A stretch of DNA of 64,000 bases, taken from NCBI GenBank assembly GCA_944386545.1, contig CALXBK010000003.1:41436-105435 (forward strand), in the 5' to 3' direction. Below the pieces are notes generated by a model. It was not told the origin of the DNA. It searched no databases and worked only from the letters and a program-made list of their open reading frames with translations. The translations under genes and the position numbers were made by a program. This document shows, piece by piece, positions 57,454-64,000 of the stretch (position 1 is the stretch's first letter; the number at the start of each line of letters is the position of its first letter). Source of the DNA: an uncultured Ruminiclostridium sp. GTDB lineage: Bacteria > Bacillota > Clostridia > Oscillospirales > Ruminococcaceae.

Positions 57454-60400
57454 GTGAAACATAACGGTACTATTTTATTCAACGACAACTGGCTTTTTGC
57501 GCTCACTGCGCCCGACAGTGATATTTCCGCGCTTGGAAACGCAAACTGGTATAATGTCAAACTTCCCGCAGACTGGCTTATAAACGATACCGCAAGGCTT
57601 TACGAATCGGGCTGCGGCTGGTATAAAAAAAGCTTTGCCGCTTCTGCCCCTGCTGAAAATGAGGCTTGCTTCATCTGCTTTGACGGCGTGTACATGGATA
57701 CAACCGTTTATGTCAACGGCAAAAAGGCGGGAGAATGGAAATACGGCTATACCTCCTTTTACTTTGACATAACACGGCTTGTTACAGACGGAGAGAACGA
57801 AATACTCGTCAGAGTAAACCACAAATCCCCAAACAGCCGCTGGTACAGCGGTGCGGGAATTTTCCGCAACGTGTACCTCAGGCGCACATCAGCCTGCCAT
57901 ATTCAGCAGGACGGAATTTACATCAGCACAAAGCGCAGAGCCTCAAAGGAGGACGAGCCTGCCGACAGATGGAAGGTATCGGTCGCCGTACAATTTAACC
58001 GCAATATCTGCGGCACGGCAATTTACACGGTTAAAAATCCCGATGGTACGGAGCTTTTATCGCTTGAATGCAGAATATGCGGCGACAGCGACAAGCAAAA
58101 GCTGTACCTTGCCGATCCTATGCTCTGGGATACCGAAAATCCGCACCTGTACGGTCTTGAGGTGGTTATCAAGGACGATACGGGCAAGGTGCTTGACAGC
58201 GCAAGCGATACATTCGGACTGAGAAAAGTGGAATTTACCAGAGATAAAAGGCTGCTCCTAAACGGCAAGTCCACCCCGATTAAGGGCGTTTGTATGCACC
58301 ATGATTTGGGTGCGCTGGGTGCGGCGGTAAATTACGACGCAACGCGCAGACAGCTTTGCATACTGAAGGAATACGGCGTAAATGCCGTGCGTACAAGCCA
58401 CAACCCTCCGTCAAGAGAGCTGCTGAAGCTTTGCGACGAGATGGGTATTCTTGTCAACGATGAAATCTTCGATATGTGGGAGATTGCAAAAACGGAGTAT
58501 GACTACGCCCGCTTTTTTGACAAGTGGTACAAGACTGATGTTGCCGCCTGGATAAAGCGCGACAGAAATCACCCCTGCGTAATAATGTGGAGCGTCGGCA
58601 ACGAAATCCCCGACACCCATAAGAGCCAAAGAGGCGCGGAGATTACAAGAAAGCTGAAAAACGCCGTGCTTGAATACGATCCCCTTAAAAACGCACATTG
58701 CACCATAGCGTCAAACTATATGCAGTGGGAAAATGCACAGAAGTGCGCCGACGAGCTGAAATTAGCAGGCTACAACTACGCCGAACGGCTTTATAAAGAG
58801 CACAGCGAGCAGTACCCCGACTGGTATATCTACGGAAGCGAAACCGCTTCAACGGTGCGTTCAAGAGGTATTTACCACTTCCCGTTTGACGCACCGAGGC
58901 TTGTCTGCGAGGATATGCAGTGCTCCGACCTTGGCAACTCGGTCGTAAACTGGGGCGCTTCTCCCGAACGCTCATTCATTGACGACAGGGACAGCGTTTC
59001 AATGGGACAGTTTGTATGGACGGGCTTTGACTATATCGGCGAGCCTACTCCGTACAGCACCAAAAACTCCTATTTCGGAATTGTGGATACGGCAGGCTTT
59101 GCAAAGGACGCCTTCTACTTCTACAAATCCGTATGGGACAGCAAGGCAGAGCCGTTTGTGCATATAGTTCCTACATACTGGGATTTTAACGACGGTCAGC
59201 TTATAGACGTCATCGTCTACACCAACACAAGCGCAGTAGGGCTGTTTGTCGATAATGAGCAGTACGGCGAAATCCGGCCCGTAAGCAGACAAAGCGGCGA
59301 AAATATTTTTGCGCATTTTATCGTTCCGTATAAAAAGGGCTCTGCGATAAAGGCAAGGGGCTATGACGAAAACGGCAGGGAAATTGCCTGCGATAAAAGA
59401 GAAAGCTACAAGGGCGAGCCTGTATGCCTTGTTTTAAAGCGTGATTATCCCGATGCCGACAAGGCTGTTGCGGCAGACGGCACTTCTTTGGTATTCTTTG
59501 AGATTACCGCCGAGGACGAAAACGGCAACGCAGTTCTTAACGCAAACAACAGAGTAAGGCTGACGGTAGGCGGCCCTGCAAGGCTTGTCGGACTTGACAA
59601 CGGCGACAGCACCGATTATGACAGCTACAAGGGCGACAACCGCAGACTGTTCTCAGGCAGACTGCTTGCAATAATTCAGACAACAGCAAAAGCGGGTACG
59701 GTCACGGTAAAGGCGGAAAGCATCGGTCTGACACCGGCAGAGGCCGCATTTGATACCGTACCCTGCGAAATACCTGAGGGCGTAAGCGTTGAAGCGGAAA
59801 ATCCCTTCCCCTCGGCGCAGACGGAATATACAAACGAAATTCCGATAAGAAAAATCGAGCTTTTCTGCGACGGCGGGAAAACGCTCACTCCCGAAAACAA
59901 GCTTGTAAAGGTAGGATACAAAATTCTGCCCGAAAACGCAACCTACAACGATATAGAATTTATCTGCATCAGTCAGACGGGCAACCAGACAAACAACGCC
60001 GCAGTAGCTTCATCCGACAAGGAAAGCGTAACGGTGGAGGGACTGGGCGACGGACAGTTCAGATTAAGAGCCTTTGCCAAAAACGGAAGCGATATTCCCA
60101 AGGTGCTGTCCGAGCTTGAAATGGAAGTGCAGGGCATGGGACAGGCGCAGAAAAATCCTTATGAATTTATTTCCGCGAGCCTGTACGATTATTCAAGCAA
60201 GCCCGTATCCGTTATTGAAAGAGGCGCTTTGGGCGGTTTTGACGGCAGAACAATAATCGGCTTTAAGTCGGTGGATTTCTCTCTTGCGGGAGCGCAGGGC
60301 GTTACGCTTTCAATCGGCAACTGCACAGGCTCTGACGTAAGAGTTGATATGTACCTCGACGCCCCCGACGGAGAACACGCAGGCAGCTTTGACTTTGCCG

Positions 60401-60903
60401 ACAACAACGGCTGGGACAGAGGCTATCCCGTTTCCTACTCTCTCCCCCGCATTATCAAGGGTATGCACGACATATTCTTTAAAATGGATATGGGCTGTAT
60501 CTTCAGCGGCATACAGTTTGAAGAATACGACAAGGCTTACAGCCGTATTTCCGCCGCAGACAACGACGGAGTTTACGGCGACGATTTCGCGGTAAACAAC
60601 GGCAGAGTAGAAAAGATAGGCAACAATGTTGTGCTTGAATTTAAATCAATGAATTTCAAGGATGGCACTGACAAAATAACCGTTGTCGGCAAAACTTCGC
60701 TTGACAGCTGTACCGTTCAGCTTCGCTTCACCGATGAAAACGGAGCTCAGACAGCGCAGGCGATAGAGTTCCCGCACAGCGAGGAATACACAGAGCACAG
60801 CTTCACTATCGAAAAGGTAAGCGGCAGACAGGACGTAAGCTTTATCTTCCTGCCTGGCTCAAAATTCGACTTTGACAGCTTTGAGTTCATACGCTGTGAA
60901 TAA
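57454..60903 (+). CDS. Glycoside hydrolase family 2 enzyme (beta-galactosidase-like) with C-terminal Ig-like and carbohydrate-binding-like domains
   Basis: The GH2 sugar-binding, Ig and TIM-barrel order is present, with VRTSHNPPS and NHPCVIMWSVGNEI (acid/base region). The protein is 1149 aa and uses a GTG start. Confidence 0.85.
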   Translation: MKHNGTILFNDNWLFALTAPDSDISALGNANWYNVKLPADWLINDTARLYESGCGWYKKSFAASAPAENEACFICFDGVYMDTTVYVNGKKAGEWKYGYTSFYFDITRLVTDGENEILVRVNHKSPNSRWYSGAGIFRNVYLRRTSACHIQQDGIYISTKRRASKEDEPADRWKVSVAVQFNRNICGTAIYTVKNPDGTELLSLECRICGDSDKQKLYLADPMLWDTENPHLYGLEVVIKDDTGKVLDSASDTFGLRKVEFTRDKRLLLNGKSTPIKGVCMHHDLGALGAAVNYDATRRQLCILKEYGVNAVRTSHNPPSRELLKLCDEMGILVNDEIFDMWEIAKTEYDYARFFDKWYKTDVAAWIKRDRNHPCVIMWSVGNEIPDTHKSQRGAEITRKLKNAVLEYDPLKNAHCTIASNYMQWENAQKCADELKLAGYNYAERLYKEHSEQYPDWYIYGSETASTVRSRGIYHFPFDAPRLVCEDMQCSDLGNSVVNWGASPERSFIDDRDSVSMGQFVWTGFDYIGEPTPYSTKNSYFGIVDTAGFAKDAFYFYKSVWDSKAEPFVHIVPTYWDFNDGQLIDVIVYTNTSAVGLFVDNEQYGEIRPVSRQSGENIFAHFIVPYKKGSAIKARGYDENGREIACDKRESYKGEPVCLVLKRDYPDADKAVAADGTSLVFFEITAEDENGNAVLNANNRVRLTVGGPARLVGLDNGDSTDYDSYKGDNRRLFSGRLLAIIQTTAKAGTVTVKAESIGLTPAEAAFDTVPCEIPEGVSVEAENPFPSAQTEYTNEIPIRKIELFCDGGKTLTPENKLVKVGYKILPENATYNDIEFICISQTGNQTNNAAVASSDKESVTVEGLGDGQFRLRAFAKNGSDIPKVLSELEMEVQGMGQAQKNPYEFISASLYDYSSKPVSVIERGALGGFDGRTIIGFKSVDFSLAGAQGVTLSIGNCTGSDVRVDMYLDAPDGEHAGSFDFADNNGWDRGYPVSYSLPRIIKGMHDIFFKMDMGCIFSGIQFEEYDKAYSRISAADNDGVYGDDFAVNNGRVEKIGNNVVLEFKSMNFKDGTDKITVVGKTSLDSCTVQLRFTDENGAQTAQAIEFPHSEEYTEHSFTIEKVSGRQDVSFIFLPGSKFDFDSFEFIRCE

Positions 60904-60915
60904 ATCAGGTAACGA

Positions 60916-61059
60916 ATTCAATAAGGGGCTTGCCCCGTCATTCAACGTGGCAAGCCGCAGCGAAGCTGCGATTCAGTTTAAGCTGGGAATTGAACCCCAA
61001 CCGAAACTGAATATGGAACCCGCCGCCTTAGAGGCGGGGGACATCTTGCCTAAGTTATA
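60916..61059. repeat. 144-nt structured interspersed repeat, copy 2
   Basis: It matches copy 1 at 139 of 144 positions in the same orientation. It starts 13 nt after the GH2 stop, upstream of the terminator hairpins at about 61066-61090 and 61158-61183. Confidence 0.95.
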
Positions 61060-61186
61060 TAAGAAAAGCTCGGTTTTAGCCGGGCTTTTGCTTTTCATTG
61101 AATTTTTCTGCATATTATGCGCTGTTTTTTCAGTTGAGAGTGAGATATAAATAATAAGCCCGGTTTTTATACCGAGCTTAAAATAT

Positions 61187-62368
61187 TTACTGAAAATTCT
61201 TTTTAATATCTTCACCGAACTGCTTTAGCTTATCGAAAAAGCCGCTTCTCTTTTCGTAATTTGAGGGGGTAAGCTCCCTTTCAAACGCTTGCAGGGCTTC
61301 CTTTTGCTTTTTACTCAGCTTGCGGGGCACTTCGATTGATACCTTTACCATCTGGTCGCCTCTGCCCTCACGCTGAAGCCGCTTTATTCCCTTGCCCTTA
61401 AGACGGAATACCGTTCCGGGCTGTGTGCCCTCGGGTACGGTGTATTCAACGTTTCCGTCAATGGTAGGTACGGTTACGGTGTCACCGAGCACCGCCTGAG
61501 CATAGGTAATGGGAATTTCGCACCATACGTCAAAGCCTCTACGCTCAAACAGCTTATCCTTGCGTACTGTGATGTGAACATTGAGGTCGCCGGACGGTCC
61601 GCCGTTCACGCCTGCGTTGCCCTGTCCCTGTACAAGCAGTATCTGTCCGTCGTCAACGCCCGCAGGTACTTTAATTACTACCTTCTTGCGGCGCTGAACA
61701 CGTCCGCCAGAGCAATCGGGACACGGTGTTTCTATAATCTTGCCCTTGCCGCCGCACTTAGAGCAGGTGCGGGTTGTTGTCATCATGCCGAGCATACTTC
61801 TTTGCTGTATCCTTACCTGACCTGAGCCGTGACATTCAGGGCAGGTTTTTGCGCTCGTACCCTTCTTTGCGCCGCTTCCCTGACAGCTTTCGCAGGTCTG
61901 CGCACGGGTTATCTCAACCTCATGCTCTATACCCTTGCACGCCTCCATAAAGGATATGTCAAGGTTTATGGAAATATCCGAGCCCTTTCTCGGAGCGTTG
62001 GGGTTAGCTCTGCGTGAGCCGCCCATTCCCGAACCGAAAATCGAATCGAAAATATCGCCTAAATCTATGCCGTCCGACGAAAAACCGCCAAAGCCGCCGA
62101 AGCCGCCGCCGAAGCCGCCTGCTCCTCCTCCGTATGAGGGATCTACTCCCGCATGGCCGAACTGGTCGTACTTTGCTCTTTTCTGCGGATCGGAAAGAAC
62201 GTCGTTTGCCTCGTTTATCTCCTTGAATTTTGCCTCGGCTTCGGGATTATCGGGGTTCAAGTCCGGGTGGTACTGCTTTGCCAGCTTTCGGTAAGCCTTT
62301 TTTATCTCGTCCTCGGAGGCTCCCTTCTGAAGCCCGAGCACCTCATAATAATCTCTTTTTTCCGCCAT
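61187..62368 (-). CDS. dnaJ: Molecular chaperone DnaJ
   Basis: J domain ([11 protein letters not shown]), a G/F-rich region and four CxxCxGxG zinc-finger repeats. Confidence 0.96.
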   Translation of the reverse strand: MAEKRDYYEVLGLQKGASEDEIKKAYRKLAKQYHPDLNPDNPEAEAKFKEINEANDVLSDPQKRAKYDQFGHAGVDPSYGGGAGGFGGGFGGFGGFSSDGIDLGDIFDSIFGSGMGGSRRANPNAPRKGSDISINLDISFMEACKGIEHEVEITRAQTCESCQGSGAKKGTSAKTCPECHGSGQVRIQQRSMLGMMTTTRTCSKCGGKGKIIETPCPDCSGGRVQRRKKVVIKVPAGVDDGQILLVQGQGNAGVNGGPSGDLNVHITVRKDKLFERRGFDVWCEIPITYAQAVLGDTVTVPTIDGNVEYTVPEGTQPGTVFRLKGKGIKRLQREGRGDQMVKVSIEVPRKLSKKQKEALQAFERELTPSNYEKRSGFFDKLKQFGEDIKKNFQ

Positions 62369-62463
62369 GGTTTCACTACCTTTCCGACAGCATTATTCTG
62401 CCGAATATCAGCGAAATGAGCCGAGTAGGTATCGGCTCATTGCTGTTTTGGTTTATTGCTTTA

Positions 62464-64000
62464 TCAGTTAGCGTCGGTATAGTCGACATCAACGATATTG
62501 TCATCGTTTGAGCCGCCGTTTGCCGCGTTTGTACCCTCGCCCTGAACATTGGTCTGCGCACCCTGTGAAGCCGCCGCGCCCTGCTCCTTGTAAATTCTCT
62601 CGGCTACTGCATAGAACGCCTTCTGAAGCTCTTCCTGAGCATTCTTGATAGCGTCGTTGTCAGTACCCTTGAGCGCTTCCTTGAGAGCGTCAATCTTGGG
62701 GTTTACGCTGTTCTTTTCTTCCTCGGTTACCTTGTCGCCGAACTCGTTCATGGATTTTTCGGTCTGATATACCATCTGGTCTGCGGCATTTCTCAGCTCT
62801 ACTTCTTCCTTGCGCTTCTTATCCTCAGCCGCATAAGCCTCTGCTTCCTTTACCGCCTTGTCTATATCTTCCTTGCTCATGTTGGTGGAGGCGGTAATGC
62901 TGATATGCTGTTCCTTGCCCGTGCCGAGGTCCTTTGCGGATACGTTTACGATACCGTTTGCGTCGATGTCGAAGGTAACCTCAATCTGGGGGATGCCTCT
63001 GGGTGCGGGAGCAATGCCGTCAAGTCTGAACATGCCTATGGACTTGTTGTCCTTTGCAAATTCACGCTCGCCCTGGAGGATGTTGATGTCAACAGAGGGC
63101 TGGTTGTCGGAATAGGTTGAGAATATCTGGCTGTGCTTTGTAGGAATGGTCTTGTTTCTTTCAATCATTCTTGTGCATACGCCGCCTGCGGTTTCGATAC
63201 CGAGAGAAAGCGGAGTAACGTCAAGCAAAAGCAGTCCCGTTACCTCCTTGTTGAGAACGCCGCCCTGCAAAGCCGCACCCATGGCAACGCACTCGTCGGG
63301 GTTAATTCCCTTGAAGGGCTCCTTGCCGGTGTAGCTCTTTACAGCCTCCTGTACTGCGGGAATTCTGGTAGAGCCGCCTACCAAAAGCACCTTGTCAATC
63401 TCGCTCATAGAAAGGCCGGAGTCGCTGATAGCCTGCTTGAAAGGGATCATTGTCGCTTCTACAAGGTCTGCGGTAAGCTCGTTGAACTTAGCTCTTGTCA
63501 GCTGTACGTTCAAGTGCTTCGGACCTGTTGCGTCGGCTGTGATATAAGGAATATTGATGTTTACGGAGGGAGCGTTTGAAAGGGCAATCTTAGCCTTTTC
63601 AGACTCGTCCTTAAGTCTTTGCATAGCGAACTTGTCGTTTGTGAGGTCAATTCCGTCGCTCTTTTTAAATTCGCCTACCAAAAAGTCGATTATTCTCTGG
63701 TCAAAGTCGTCGCCGCCGAGTTTATTGTTGCCTGCCGTTGCAAGTACCTCCTGTACGCCGTCGCCGATTTCGATTACGGATACGTCGAATGTACCGCCGC
63801 CCAGATCATATACAACTATCTTCTGCTCGTTTTCCTTGTCGATACCGTATGCGAGAGCCGCCGCGGTAGGCTCGTTGATGATACGCTGAACGTTAAGTCC
63901 TGCAATCTGTCCTGCGTCCTTTGTGGCCTGACGCTGCGAGTCGGTGAAGTATGCGGGAACGGTGATAACCGCATCGGTTACCTTTTCGCCGAGATAGCCC
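62464..64000 (-). CDS. dnaK: Molecular chaperone DnaK (N-terminus beyond the window edge)
   Basis: The frame stays open up to position 64000. The minus strand upstream of the track's TTG 'M' reads ..[52 protein letters not shown]... Confidence 0.96.
   Translation of the reverse strand, partial: GYLGEKVTDAVITVPAYFTDSQRQATKDAGQIAGLNVQRIINEPTAAALAYGIDKENEQKIVVYDLGGGTFDVSVIEIGDGVQEVLATAGNNKLGGDDFDQRIIDFLVGEFKKSDGIDLTNDKFAMQRLKDESEKAKIALSNAPSVNINIPYITADATGPKHLNVQLTRAKFNELTADLVEATMIPFKQAISDSGLSMSEIDKVLLVGGSTRIPAVQEAVKSYTGKEPFKGINPDECVAMGAALQGGVLNKEVTGLLLLDVTPLSLGIETAGGVCTRMIERNKTIPTKHSQIFSTYSDNQPSVDINILQGEREFAKDNKSIGMFRLDGIAPAPRGIPQIEVTFDIDANGIVNVSAKDLGTGKEQHISITASTNMSKEDIDKAVKEAEAYAAEDKKRKEEVELRNAADQMVYQTEKSMNEFGDKVTEEEKNSVNPKIDALKEALKGTDNDAIKNAQEELQKAFYAVAERIYKEQGAAASQGAQTNVQGEGTNAANGGSNDDNIVDVDYTDAN

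Noticed and set aside
60872-61150. 92-aa ORF spanning the 144-nt repeat (copy 2)
   Set aside because: It starts inside the GH2 gene and reads through a palindromic repeat. The corresponding frame is not preserved as an ORF at copy 1, and no SD is present.

Overview
Chromosomal window from a spore-forming, flagellated Firmicute of class Clostridia. The family-level impression (Oscillospiraceae/Ruminococcaceae-like) is inference only. I saw no rRNA, tRNA, CRISPR array or intact mobile element. The ORF track prints GTG/TTG starts as M, so I re-set several starts using Shine-Dalgarno (SD) positions.

Layout:
- 1-2.4 kb: engB (partial), rlmN, aroB-like.
- 2.4-2.85 kb: frameshifted IS1182-type transposase remnant.
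- 2.85-9.4 kb: EAL/degenerate-GGDEF protein, serA, serC and a dCache chemoreceptor, bracketed by two inverted copies of a 28-31 nt palindromic element.
- 9.4-17 kb: GtrA-like, PH-domain, HAD phosphatase, rimM, trmD with a long C-terminal tail, ptsH, a lipoprotein, tsaD, an S11 carboxypeptidase and a membrane protein.
- 17.2-21 kb: 1248-aa HRDC + Upf1-like SF1 helicase + Vsr-like nuclease protein.
- 21.1-37.1 kb, minus strand: complete S10-spc-alpha ribosomal cluster, rpsJ to rplQ. It includes rpmD and rpmJ, which I recovered by hand because they are too short for the ORF track. It has its own consensus-like promoter and a roughly 270-nt structured leader.
- 37.6-42.9 kb: G5/3D cell-wall protein, spoIIAA-spoIIAB-sigF, and a flagellin with a textbook sigma-D promoter.
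- 43.3-49.3 kb: split ('archaeal-type') glutamate synthase operon ending in an ANTAR pseudo-receiver regulator.
- 49.4-50.6 kb: GH27 alpha-galactosidase.
- 50.7-57.35 kb, minus strand: the most interesting locus. A compact cobalamin riboswitch with terminator drives a six-gene operon: a small coupled ORF, a sortase-anchored protein combining a DUF4430 domain with an alpha/alpha-toroid (the two halves of the transcobalamin architecture), a membrane-tethered DUF4430 protein, EcfT, and an EcfA-EcfA'-S-component triple fusion. I read this as a candidate Gram-positive surface corrinoid capture and uptake system.
- 57.45-64 kb: GH2 beta-galactosidase-like enzyme, dnaJ, dnaK (partial).

A 144-nt, highly structured repeat occurs twice at about 96.5% identity (14338-14481 and 60916-61059), both times between convergent genes.
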